Shown: in pieces, positions 52,663-64,000 of the stretch | Numbering within the stretch: the first letter of the stretch is position 1 | How the letters are laid out: each line of letters opens with the position of its first letter | From: Hydrolagus colliei | Taxonomy: Eukaryota | Length of the DNA: 64,000 nt | NCBI GenBank assembly: GCA_035084275.1 | Contig: CM068748.1 | Coordinates: forward strand, 7,130,001 to 7,194,000 | Direction: 5' to 3' | The notes under the pieces: model-generated | Databases searched by the model: none | Told to the model about the DNA's origin: nothing | What the model saw: only the letters and a program-made list of their open reading frames with translations | Program-made: the position numbers and the translations under genes

Positions 52663-53344
52663 GTTCATTGTTGGAGATCTGACAGATTCAGAAAATGATT
52701 CTTTTGAGCAGTCTAGTGAATGGGATCTGAGCGGAGCTGAGGAGCAGCAGAAAGCGTTCAGCCATGAGACTGAACTTATTCCTTGGTATGTACTGTCCAT
52801 CAGAGCTGACGTCCATCAATTTCTTCTACAAGGGGCTACCGTCATACATTATGACCAAGAGGCCCACCTATCTGCACGCTGCTTTCTCAAACTGCAACCT
52901 GATAATTGCACTCTAACCTGGACAAAACCTCCTACTGGCAGCCCAGCCAACACCAAGGTGAAGAGCATGGTGGTGGGTAACAGTGCAGACTCCTGTCACA
53001 GCAAGTTTCAGATATATGGACACGTGGCACTAAATGGACTCGTGGAAGGCTTCTTGGATATGTCTGCTGTGAAAGCTGTTTACATGGGACATACAGGAAT
53101 TGATCTGAATACAGTATGTATTCAAAACAAGCTTTGTTCAATGACCCTGGAGGAGAACTGTGTGACTCTGCTATACGGGATCCATACAACTGATAATAGA
53201 TTGCTGCACTTTGTGGCCCCTAAGTACACCGCTAACATGGTGTATAATGGATTACAGGAGCTAACTAACGCTGTGAGAAAGATGAAGAAATTTCCTGACC
53301 AGAGACTCCAGTGGCTGAGGAAACAGTATGTCAGCTTATATCAG
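52663..53344 (+). CDS. PLCE1: PLCE1 exon (~8), PH-domain region
   Basis: ccacag|G ... TATCAG|gtgcgt, 682 nt, open throughout; FIVGDL...[30 protein letters not shown]...[11 protein letters not shown]...[18 protein letters not shown]. Confidence 0.96.
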
Positions 53345-54740
53345 GTGCGTAGGATGTGGCTCACTCATCCAACCTTTCTAAACAAAGACAAGAATTCATG
53401 CCAGAAATTAAATATGTTACTTAATCTTCATGCTTACTATTGTAGTGTTGTTTTTGGTGGAAATGTATACAAGAAAACATGGATTTTGCTCAAGCTAGAG
53501 ATCAGCACAATTTTGTTCAATTCAGTTCCTCAATAAACCCTTGGGACTGATACTAACACTCACTAATTATTCAAAGTCATATGAGTTCAAATTGCATTTG
53601 AGTGTGGATTAAAATCAAAGGGTGGGTCATCAATGAAACAGACGTTCATAATCTTCTATAACTTCCTTTCATTTTGACCCTTAGATTTCACTCCAACATT
53701 GTAGTGTGTCATGAATATAGAAAATAGGATTAAGGAAAGGGATTCTTTTATCAAAATTTAACTGGATTGAAGGCTAAATCAGTGCCAATTTTAGCATCAT
53801 ATCTTTAAATTTTCTTGATCAGTGATTTGTTTTGTATCTTACTTCACTATGTAAGGTTTACCAATTGATGATGTGCTCCATATCTGGCAACAGATATCTT
53901 CTTTATTTAAAAAAAATTGGAATGGGAAAATGGACGAAAACTGACAATACAATCCTGTCTGTCAAAGTTTTCCCTCCTGGTTGCTGATCATGGCGTCATA
54001 TGAGCGACAGAAATGGTTGAGACTACAGATCACAGATTTTTGGCTTTTGATTTGAGAAGGAATTGTGATAACATAGAAAGGAAGACCAGTCTTAGAAGAG
54101 CAAAATGTTTTAATCACTCTTTTGTTCTAGTCCGTGTTAAGATGAAATTGATACCAAGTATATATAGGAATACTATACATTGAAAGGATCATATTTAATG
54201 CAGTGATGTAGCTGTCAACGGGAGATTTTTGTTATTGTACTTTCAGTGCCTCTTCATTCACAGTTTTGGTTTGATTTTATCATTAAGGTGTTTCTAACAG
54301 GAAATGTGTGCCTTCAGTTTCACACCAGTTCTAAAGAAGGAAAGGATAGTTCACCCTGATCTAATTCTCTTTGAATTTGTTTCCTAAACCTCCAGATTGC
54401 TGGTCACACAAAAATCGAAATTAGCAGTAGGTTTTTTTTCTGATTGGGTTTAGGCTCCATTTCAAAGTTTGATGGCAATTATTTGCTTATGTTATTTAAT
54501 AATTTATTCACTTTGTTTAACAGAATTCGATCTGAAAACATTAAAAAAAATACACTAAAAGTTTCTTTTGTCACTTAACTGAAAATATTTAACTAACATA
54601 GGTATTTATTTATTGCTTGCAAGAAAATGTCTTGCCAAGAAAAATAACCTTTCACAAAATTATTTATTTGATTGTGGTTAACCTTTCCCATAGGAAACCT
54701 TGTAATGTCTGAATAACGTGGAAACAATGTTTTATGTTAG

Positions 54741-54923
54741 GAGGAAGGCAAGTTTGAAGGGCCGACACTCGCTCAAGTTATTGAACTATTTGGAGGCAGG
54801 CGATGGATCACACGAAACACAACCACAGGGACCTTGAACAGAAACACTGAAAAATCAAACCTGCAGCGCACCAACACACTGGGAATGAGCACTGCCAAGA
54901 AGATAAAGAAATCATTAATCAGG
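54741..54923 (+). CDS. PLCE1: PLCE1 exon (~9)
   Basis: tgttag|GAG ... ATCAGG|gtagga, 183 nt; [22 protein letters not shown]...KKIKKSLIR. Confidence 0.94.
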
Positions 54924-55045
54924 GTAGGAGAAAACATTAACCTATTCTCTCTGAAGTAACATATCTGTTCTGTGTCTGCTGGCTCATGACATGACAAGGA
55001 CAGTTCAGCTGTAACTGAGAAAACATAAAACCTTGTTCTATACAG

Positions 55046-55163
55046 GGAGACAGTGGGGACGTCACAGATGATGAGATTTGTACACGAAAGACACGAAGCT
55101 GCAAGGAGCCTAGAAGCAGGAGTGGATCTGATCCTCCCGACTTTGTTGAGCAAGAGGAATCAG
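55046..55163 (+). CDS. PLCE1: PLCE1 exon (~10)
   Basis: atacag|GGA ... TCAG|gtagtg, 118 nt; [39 protein letters not shown]. Confidence 0.93.
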
Positions 55164-55922
55164 GTAGTGACTCAACCACTGTCTTTGAATAGTGATCGCC
55201 AATGAATGCAGGTTGATTATGGGATGGCTCTGGAGTTTAATCAGTGAGATTCAGACACTGTCATTGATAAAGAAACGCTAGAATTGTTACTATTTAGAAT
55301 GTACCTCTTTATAGAGGTCACCTCAGTATAATCAGTTACTATATTCCAAGTGCATTATTAGCCTTGGATTATATTGATGGGCTTGGCCTGACCTGGACCA
55401 TAAGGTGATATTAAAATAAGTACTTGTCTTTTTTGGAGGGGATTTCAGACGGATTTGTTCTGCTGCACAACAACAACCCTTGTTCCTTAAGTGGAACCAT
55501 TTGGCAAATGGTAGTGAACAGGACTAACCTTGCTCATATGAAAAAAAGCACGTAAAATCTAAATTCTTTAAAAATCGAAAACTAAATATGTTTTTCTTAA
55601 CATTTGACTTCTGTGAAAGCAGATATATTCTCTTTCTCAGGTCTCCCTACAGTTCTCTGGGTCATCAGGTACAGGACAGTTCCAGACTTCCTGTTTGGCA
55701 CAATTTTATTCCAGTTGGCAGGCAGGTCAACGCTTATTTCTATGCATTTAACCAGGAACAGGACAGGCAAACAACCAGCTCATAACCAAGGATAGTCATA
55801 GGTTTATCAATAGCTTTGGAAAAATCAATTGTATTTTTTTAGAAGTCACAAAACACATAACATTAACCAGCCCTTATTTCATTCTCATTTGACTCTTTTA
55901 CCTTTTTAACATCTCTCTTCAG

Positions 55923-56082
55923 ATCAGAGCGTCACAGTCGGTTCAGCTGGTTCCTGTAGCATTCCTGCTAGAGTTCGTTCCCTCACTACTCCACCTTCCT
56001 CTAGCTTAGGCCCTCCAACATCCACTCCAGTGAGGCCTTCCTCCTCTCCAGTCCTGTCAACTATTAACAAGGCAAAACCTGG
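55923..56082 (+). CDS. PLCE1: PLCE1 exon (~11), Ser/Pro-rich segment
   Basis: long pyrimidine tract, ttcag|AT ... CCTGG|gtaaga, 160 nt, phase 1 to 2; RVRSLTTPPSSSLGPPTSTPVRPSSSPVLS. Confidence 0.9.
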
Positions 56083-56882
56083 GTAAGAGAAAGATAATCA
56101 TTGTCAAGTTACTCATTGAAGGACACTGTATTTTTCACATCCAATTTTCTCCCATCCTCACTTAAAGTTACGCCTGTGTGGAACTCTCAAGTCTGGTTAG
56201 GATACTGTTTAGCATGGTTTTCCACATGTTAGCAGCCAGGTGACAAAATTCTCTTGAAAGTGCTGGTTCATGTTGGTTTATATTTCAGTTGGCAGCAGCT
56301 GCCTTCATATGTCTTGCAGAAGAAGTCACCATTCTTTAATGGGAGTCTAGATAGTGGGTGTTAGCAATGGAGGGCATCCAGTTGAAACTGATTCTGCTGT
56401 TAAATCTGTGGGGGGAGGTAAAGTGGGGGGGTGTCCTTGGAGCTGACCTTACTCCAAGGTGGCGTATTTGGCAAAAGAATGTTGGAATGGAGCAATTCCT
56501 GAGCCTGCAATACTCCAGGGCACTGCTGATGACAGGGGCAGGAACCTTGGCTTGTTTAGTTTTGCACCCAACCCAGGGAGCTGGTCAATTTACCAATTTC
56601 ACTTCTGTCCTACCTGGTGCCCAGCCTGTATCACAAACTGGGATTTTAATCCAGAACGTTCTTGATCTGTGTAACCCAGGTTCACCCTAGGCAATATTAC
56701 AGTTTTGCCAAACGAGCCATCACAGGAGCTGAAGTAACACTATTTCAATAATAAAGATTTAAAGGTTAATGTGAAAAGACCCAACTTTTAAATAGTTCAG
56801 AGAGAACCAAAGCATTCTCGGCTTGCACATATTCTTGCTATTTTGTACTCGTTATCTAATTCTGTCCTTAATCTCCTTGTAG

Positions 56883-57005
56883 CACAAGAGGGAGTAATAG
56901 CTGGCATGGCCGAGTGAAGGGAGGACTGAAAGGATTCCAGGATTTCATGGTCTCCGATAGTAACATGAGCTTTGTTGAATTTGTCGAACTTTTTAAATCA
57001 TTCAG
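56883..57005 (+). CDS. PLCE1: PLCE1 exon (~12), EF-hand region
   Basis: ttgtag|C ... TTCAG|gtagtg, 123 nt; [35 protein letters not shown]. Confidence 0.95.
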
Positions 57006-57237
57006 GTAGTGTTTTTACTAATATTGAACTTGCTTTATTTTAGAAAATAATTCATGTGATTATATAATAAATAATACCTATAAATGGATCCTGAACAGGA
57101 TAATAATGAGACTTTGTTAAGTAAAGCATGTTTAGTTTGCAACCAATTTTTTTTTTAAAGTTCTAATTTCAATGCAATGTTAATTCATGCGTGCGAGCAG
57201 TGCTTGGAGGTTTACTATTTGTTCTTTGTGAAATTAG

Positions 57238-57374
57238 TGTACGGAGTCGGAAGGACGTAAAGGATCTTTTTGATGTTTATTCTGTGATGTGCAATCGCTC
57301 CGGTTCAGAATCCACCCCACTTTATACTAACCTGACGATAGATGACAAGATCAGCGGGCTACAGCCAGACCTAG
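57238..57374 (+). CDS. PLCE1: PLCE1 exon (~13), EF-hand region
   Basis: aattag|T ... CTAG|gtcagt, 137 nt; [14 protein letters not shown]...[19 protein letters not shown]. Confidence 0.95.
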
Positions 57375-58781
57375 GTCAGTATTTTCTTGCAGTGTTACTA
57401 GAAATGTTTTCAGTCCTGCAAACTGTTTGTGACTTTTCGAATATTGAAGATGCATCATCTTAACCTAAGGAGTTTGCCAGACATTAGATGTGATGATACA
57501 AATCACATCAAACACATCACTGCATGACGTGACATGTACGCAGTGACAAAGTGCTTTTGTGACAAAAGTACTCCTGCCTACTCTGCTTTATAACTCTCCA
57601 TACCAAACAAAAGTGTTGGCTGAACACTTAATGTATGACATCCAAGCTATAATGCCATTTTTGGGAGTCATGCAGTTAAAACCAAGCATCTGTTTACAGA
57701 GCTGTTGATTTATATGATTTCACTGTTTAATGAAGTCAGGAGCTGAAGGTACTAGCTTTATTATTTTGAAAGTATTAATCTGATGAGCTTCGCTCAACAT
57801 AACAATTTGGAGGAAACATCAGGCTCTTGATGCAGGCAAAAGCCTCCCCTCTTTGTTTTGTACGTCTGACAGGCTTTACTGCTTTACTATTCGTGGGACG
57901 TTTTGAGTTTTGCACACATTTCAGTTGAATTGAAAATCATTATCTCTGAGCAATCAATAAAGCCTGTAATAGTAATGTGAAGGGAGGAGTGCTCCATCTT
58001 TTCTCAAACTGATTTTCAGGTCTAATGGTTTTGACCTGATATATTAGCATGCTCATGTGAGAGCCTGGTAAGGCCTCAAAATGCTCAGGTTTCATGTTTC
58101 TTTAAATAGGACCATGATACATTCGCTGAAAGCTTGATCTTTATTTTTATGTTATGAATGGCTTGTAGGCTCCAGTCACGGAATCTATATCATTACACTA
58201 GTCACAAGGCACGTTTTCTTAAGCAAGAGTGACAGAGATGTATCTAAACATGGTGCCAGTGTGACCGTCTCTTTGATAAGGCTCCTAAAGACACGATTGT
58301 TTCTACGAATTAAGTTTCCAGCTCTAACCAATCCTTTTCCCAAAATGTTCCTGGGTACAGTTCTTTCGCATTGTCTAAAACTAGAACGTAGTCTAAAGCA
58401 AGGGGAAGGTTGGATTCATGTGATAATTTGCTGAGTAATTAGTAAATGTAGTTGATTTGAAGCTTGAACTGTTTCTAATTTTGACTTCTCCAACAATGCT
58501 GGTGTACAAAGATGCCGTAGCTCTTATCATCTAGTCAATGCCTATTCATAGTTACCTTAGTCACTTGTTGGGAGCAGTTAAAATGTTAACAATTCTGGTA
58601 AATTGAATCAAAACTATTAGATGCTTTGAAGAAAGAAGGGTAGAAAGTTTATTACAAGAAATGGCTGTCATTAATATAGATGCCATAACTAAAAGACCCG
58701 TAAATGTTTTTTTGTGTGAGGGCAATAAAAGACAGAATGGTAGTTGGGAATGAAGAATAACATTCGTGCTTGTTTGTATAG

Positions 58782-59014
58782 ATCTTTTAACAAGAAATGT
58801 GTCTGACATGGGATTGTTCATCAAGAGCCGCCAGCAGATGTCAGACAATCAGAGGCAGATTTCTGATTACATCGCTGCAACCAGCATCGTGACTAATCGA
58901 GTGGAAATTGCATCCCTGGGAGAGTGCGGAATGGGAATTCAGCAACTGAATGACTTCTTGGTCAACGCTCAAGGAGAACATCACACTTATGATGAAATCC
59001 TCAGTATTATACAG
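58782..59014 (+). CDS. PLCE1: PLCE1 exon (~14), EF-hand region
   Basis: gtatag|AT ... ATACAG|gtttgg, 233 nt; [28 protein letters not shown]...[10 protein letters not shown]. Confidence 0.95.
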
Positions 59015-59071
59015 GTTTGGATTATAAATTCACGTCCCGGTTGTACTGTATAATGTATATAGGGTCCCGCA

Positions 59072-59372
59072 GTGTCCTGTAACTCAATGTTTAGAGCATT
59101 CACCTTAGAAGCGAGTGATCTACGTTTGATTCCACGCAGGGTGAAACTTTGGGTAAGTTTCCTTACTCCACACACCTGATAATAAACCCTCAACAAAAAA
59201 AAACAATAATAAATTGGTCATTTCAATCCACGACTGTTTGTGGGTCACTGCTGTGCGCCATTGGCTGCCTACAAATATGCAGCCAATTCACTTTATACTA
59301 TAATCTATGAAGTGCTTTGAGACATCTAAAAGATATGAAAAGCGCTATATCAAATGCAAGGATTATTATTAT
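59072..59372 (+). mobile_element. Full-length tRNA-derived Deu-core SINE
   Basis: head gtcctgtaactcaatgtttagagca, core, tail aaagcgctatatcaaatgcaaggattattattat. Confidence 0.9.
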
Positions 59373-59407
59373 ATAATCAGTGAATGTAAAAGTATTGTTA
59401 ACTAAAA

Positions 59408-59660
59408 CAATTACAATAACTTACATTTATATAGCGCCACTCACTCAAGAGTGCTTGATAGTGGCAGACCATGACTCCACGCTGGGGGGAGGGGGAAGTG
59501 ACCACAGCATGGTCCAATAGAAAGGTCTTCCGACACAACCTGAAGATGAGGAAGAAAGGGGAAAGACGGAGGGATAGAGGAAGAGGGTTCCAGAGTTTCG
59601 TGGCGTAGTGGCTGAAACCGCATCCACCAATGGTGGAAGGAAGGGCATGGGAAAAATGCC
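59408..59660 (-). mobile_element. L2 3' fragment, antisense
   Basis: ttacatttatatagcgcc tail; aaggtcttc...agggttccagagt...ggctgaa. Confidence 0.75.
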
Positions 59661-60206
59661 CAAGAAGGCCAGAGACAGTTGAGTGGAGGCAGACATTCTC
59701 ATGTTAAAAGTTACATTGATGCCTCATCTCTGATATTGCAGTATGCGTTCAGGTTGGAAATAACAAGGTACAACATGTTATGACAATGTGAGTAGACTGA
59801 TTTCAGAAGAATTACCTCTGTTGGACCCAAAGAGAATATTTATATTTCATGCATGGTTCATCCTGATGATGCGACTCATCGAGATTGTCAAGTTACTGCT
59901 GACTGCTGAATCTTAAAGCAGTTTTAATCTATAAATTTGCATTCACTGGAAATAGAGTAAAAAATCTGTCTGCTCATTTCCCCCAAAAGACTTATCACTA
60001 CAGTGCTTAGATGTTGAGTTCAAGAAAAGAAAGGATTCATTGCAATAACACCTGGACGTGATTGCCATTTTTTTTTTGCATCTAACAAGTTAATAATATT
60101 TACATATAATTATGGCAAAACGTGCCTAGCATTAGCTTATCCTGATCCATGCTAAATATTATTTGGTATTCATTGAAAAATGTTTTTTTTATCAATCCCT
60201 TCACAG

Positions 60207-60268
60207 AAATTTGAGCCTGCAGTCAACATGCGTCAACAGGGTTTGCTGTCATTTGAGGGTTTTGCAAG
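60207..60268 (+). CDS. PLCE1: PLCE1 exon (~15)
   Basis: tcacag|AAA ... GCAAG|gtaatt, 62 nt; KFEPAVNMRQQGLLSFEGFAR. Confidence 0.94.
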
Positions 60269-60642
60269 GTAATTATTTTGCTGATATGTTTCTGAATGTT
60301 TTTGTCGGTAATATTTTGTCACCTATCTTTGTTATTTCTTTACTTAAATACGTGCACAATCTACTAGTCATTAGTATGTTTGTTCCGTAGTTCGAAATTT
60401 CATTAGAAGAGTTCAGGCAAAAATCAGTGCACAAACATTGGGAAAAGAACCCTCATTTATGCCAAACTAGAAGAGTAGCTTGAATGCTAAGTTCCCTCAG
60501 CATGCTACTATCTGACTTAAACATCCATCTGGTTGTCACACAAGTGATAGTAGAGAATAGTAATGCTGTATCTACAAGAGACAGAGCCTTGCAAGGGAGT
60601 ACACTGGATTATATATCTATTTCATTGAAATACTTTGTTTAG

Positions 60643-60808
60643 ATTTCTAATGGACAAGGAGAATGCTGCTTCAAAGAATGATGAATCCCAGGTGAATGTG
60701 GAAGATTTACAGTATCCCCTTTCATATTACTATATTGAATCCTCTCATAACACATACCTCACTGGCCATCAGCTTAAAGGAGAATCTTCAGTGGAACTTT
60801 ATAGCCAG
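60643..60808 (+). CDS. PLCE1: PLCE1 exon (~16), start of PI-PLC X-box with first catalytic His
   Basis: gtttag|A ... AGCCAG|gtacta, 166 nt; FLMDKEN...[31 protein letters not shown]. Confidence 0.97.
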
Positions 60809-60913
60809 GTACTAGATTTTTACTATTGTTTCTCTTCTACATTTGTGTCTTTCTTTATTTGTGTGGATGCTTCTGAATTCTCTCTGCTTATTGCTCCCAG
60901 TTCTATTTCTTAA

Positions 60914-61171
<258 letters not shown>

Positions 61172-61275
61172 TAAACAGGATAAAAGACCCCTGAACTCCA
61201 TAATATAATTTGAAGTTGTACATGCAGGTATAATTATTGCCAACATTACACTTAGACTTTGCACTTTCCCCACAG

Positions 61276-61392
61276 GATGTAATAGAGTCAATCAACCGCA
61301 GTGCTTTTATAAACTCGGACATGCCTATCATTTTATCGATAGAGAATCATTGCTCTTTGCCCCAGCAGAGGAAGATGGCAGAAATTGTCAAG
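61276..61392 (+). CDS. PLCE1: PLCE1 exon (~18), X-box
   Basis: ccacag|GAT ... GTCAAG|gtaagg, 117 nt; [39 protein letters not shown]. Confidence 0.97.
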
Positions 61393-61507
61393 GTAAGGGA
61401 TACATTTTTCCTTCCACTGTATTCAAGCAGATGATTGCTGAGGATTTCTGACTTGCTTCAAAGACTGTATTCATTCATACGCTTAACAGGCTGCTTCTGT
61501 TTTACAG

Positions 61508-61666
61508 AATGTGTTCGGAGACAAGCTGGTGACTAAATTTCTGTTTGAGAGTGATTTTGCCGATAATCCAATGCTACCTTCAGTATGGCAACTTCGAGGG
61601 AAAATCCTCCTCAAAAACAAGAAACTGAAAGCTCACCAGACTCCAGTGGATATACTCAAACAGAAA
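61508..61666 (+). CDS. PLCE1: PLCE1 exon (~19), end of X-box
   Basis: ttacag|AAT ... CAGAAA|gtaagt, 159 nt; [17 protein letters not shown]...[22 protein letters not shown]. Confidence 0.96.
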
Positions 61667-62063
61667 GTAAGTTATTTTAACTGTTGCTTTCTCAAGTGTA
61701 AGTAGAAAACATCAGAAATATTCTACCAGTCACATAACATTAGCATGTACAGTATTTGGTATTGCTCAAAATTTACTGAAGTTGATTTGAAATACCAGCA
61801 GCTGGTATCAGAGCAGAGACAGGATAATATCTGTTGAAATTTATCCGGAGTAGATAGCAAAAAGTCAGAGTTTATTAACTGGGAGATTAGTAAAACGATT
61901 AACAAATGGCTGATCTGAAACACCAATCTCCTATTGGGTGCCAAACAATAACAACTACGACAAATTGCATTTATATACTACAATTGAAAGGTTGAAAGTG
62001 AGATTTTTCTTGTAGTCCTGTGTCAACGTATTACTTTACTGAACCATACACCTTGTTGTTTAG

Positions 62064-62193
62064 GCACATCAGCTCGCTAACCTCCAGGCTCAGGCCAGTA
62101 ATGGCAATCTGAGTGGCAGTGGGACCTCCAACAATGATGAGGAGGAAGATGAAGATGATGAATACGATTATGACTACGAATCGCTTTCTGATG
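62064..62193 (+). CDS. PLCE1: PLCE1 exon (~20), acidic X-Y linker
   Basis: gtttag|GCA ... GATG|gtactg, 130 nt, ends phase 1; [10 protein letters not shown]...[21 protein letters not shown]. Confidence 0.95.
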
Positions 62194-63747
62194 GTACTGT
62201 AATGTGTTCTGTCGCTGACAGGTCCCTTTATTTTCAGTACGATAACAGTCTCTCAATCTCGAATTCCTATGACTGTATAAAGATCAACAAAAAGATCACT
62301 AGTTTTAACAAGTGACCTCCATTATTTGGGCAATTGTTCAGCTTGAATTTACTAGTATGTTATGGTATGAAATAGGTAGAAAACATTCCCAGACTTTTAC
62401 TTCATGATTGAGTTTTGGTAGAACCATCAAAAAGCTAAGACTTTCAAAAATCCTGCCAACCAAAGTGTGATTTTTGGTACTTATTTCCCTATAGTTTACG
62501 TAAACTTTGCTTTTATACAAGGTTATATGTAACAGGATGTTTGCGTACATAGGCATGCACAGTTCGTTCAAAGAAGTGGAGTTTTACTGGGTTTCTCTGC
62601 TTCATTTCTGGTGTATGCCAGAAGTGTTCTTTTGTTTCTATTGCTTTCCATTATATTCTGCGCCCACCTGCTTGCAATTGGTTTAAAGTGATATTTCACC
62701 AGGTTTGGAAATGCTCCGTCAGTAACAATGCGATTGATGTTGTGGAAATGATACAACTGTCTGCCTTCATAACTGAAAGCTACCCTGAGAAGGAAAGCTG
62801 CTGATCTGCATATAGCAAGTGGTGTGTTAATATTCTTTGCTAATCCACCAGGGCGATGCTTAATCGGTTTTTGCAGCGAGCGGTTTCACTAAGTCGTCCT
62901 ATTTGAATATTATGTGGCGTACGTTAAACCTCAGTTATGTGGAGACAACACTCTCTTTAACAGCCTCTTTGAAAAGTAATTTGCTGAAAGCATAGGAAAT
63001 AATCATTCATTTTGGGAATGGTACAACCTATCTCATATTGAGAAGGCCTTGAATTTATGCCATAATGCCCATAACAGCTTAAGCAAGCGTAATGTCTAGT
63101 GATCTGAAGATGACAACATGGCTCACTGCTCCAGCAAATGCAACTGGTTTGCAATATACCATCCGCATCAGATGCTTGTACAGTTAGAGAAAATGAGCAG
63201 GGAATGAAAAAAATGCTCCAGTCAGTCAGAATAGCTTCAAGTGACCTCAAATCTGCTTTATCAATGGAAATAATGGCAGTGTAGCAATGCTTCTGTGGAT
63301 AGACTTCAGTTATTGGAGGCATCAGAAATCACAGTCTGTGAAATCACTTCCTGCACTGCCCTGCATTTGTACCCCAATAATCGCAATTGACCAGTTAACA
63401 GAAAAAAACATTCCTGCTCCAGAATGATCACGTTTGACAAGAGTCGAACGCAGCAATTTGTACTTTGTCCTCTCCCTTTATATTCTTTTCTTTGCCTTCT
63501 CTGTACGTCATACCTGAAACATGTAATAGCTACTACAAACCAACAGCTTGAACTAATAGGAGCTGTGTATACATGTTATAACAGAGTGAGCTAATTTAAT
63601 ATTAGTGAAAAGTTCACCCTATTTAGTTTAAGGTGGGAAGTTATTATGGTTTGACTAAAACTTAATCTTCCGTATCTCGCTGTTCTAACTGATATCTGAC
63701 TTTTCTTTGCTCTTCTTCCCTCTCTATCTTACTTCCGATTCCTGTAG

Positions 63748-63795
63748 CTGATGCCCTTAATGCTTCCCCCTCTCCTGCTGTGAATAACCAAGAAG
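63748..63795 (+). CDS. PLCE1: Putative 48-nt cassette exon in X-Y linker: (A)DALNASPSPAVNNQE
   Basis: ~50-nt pyrimidine tract, cctgtag|CT ... GAAG|gtaaaa; phase 1-1, stop-free, matches the phase-1 end of the preceding exon. Confidence 0.7.
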
Positions 63796-64000
63796 GTAAA
63801 AGTCCCGTGATTGAATGTTCCTTCTGTTGAATGTGTTCTGTGAAAGTCCCATGTCTAAGATTTCCTTTTGCGCCTGAATGTACACTTTACAAACTCCTCT
63901 TGATACCACAGCAGAAGACCCATAGACATATTAACTCATCATATCCTTTGCATGCGCATGACTGACCAGTTGTCAGAGTTGGAAGAGGCTATACTTAGTA

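Noticed and set aside
52258-52800. 180-aa antisense ORF (also 54773-55153 and 48937-49128)
   Set aside because: These are shadows of PLCE1 exons on the opposite strand with no recognisable protein features.
54738-54743. NAGNAG alternative acceptor (TAG GAG)
   Set aside because: GAG is a rarely used acceptor and the effect would be a single Glu.

Overview
This is eukaryotic (vertebrate) genomic DNA, AT-rich and intron-dominated. It is most likely from a cartilaginous fish, probably a holocephalan/chimaera, inferred from the repeat landscape (tRNA-headed Deu-core SINEs with L2 tails, L2 and CR1 fragments). The window holds the central part of one + strand gene, PLCE1 (phospholipase C epsilon 1). 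I traced 18 GT-AG coding exons by hand (equivalent to human exons ~3-20; numbering from memory). They splice into one uninterrupted frame of 3583 nt (~1194 codons) covering the CDC25/RasGEF, PH, EF-hand and PI-PLC X-box regions and the start of the X-Y linker. The start and stop codons of the long isoform lie outside the window. Most listed ORFs are spurious, exon read-through or retroelement debris. I found no new multi-gene system. The best leads are: a 48-nt symmetric cassette exon in the X-Y linker; a candidate internal first exon (MDDSFV-K) bracketed by an exact 57-bp direct repeat; an exon that begins with a perfect 5' splice site (recursive-splicing signature); a second short templated duplication; and several fold-back elements.
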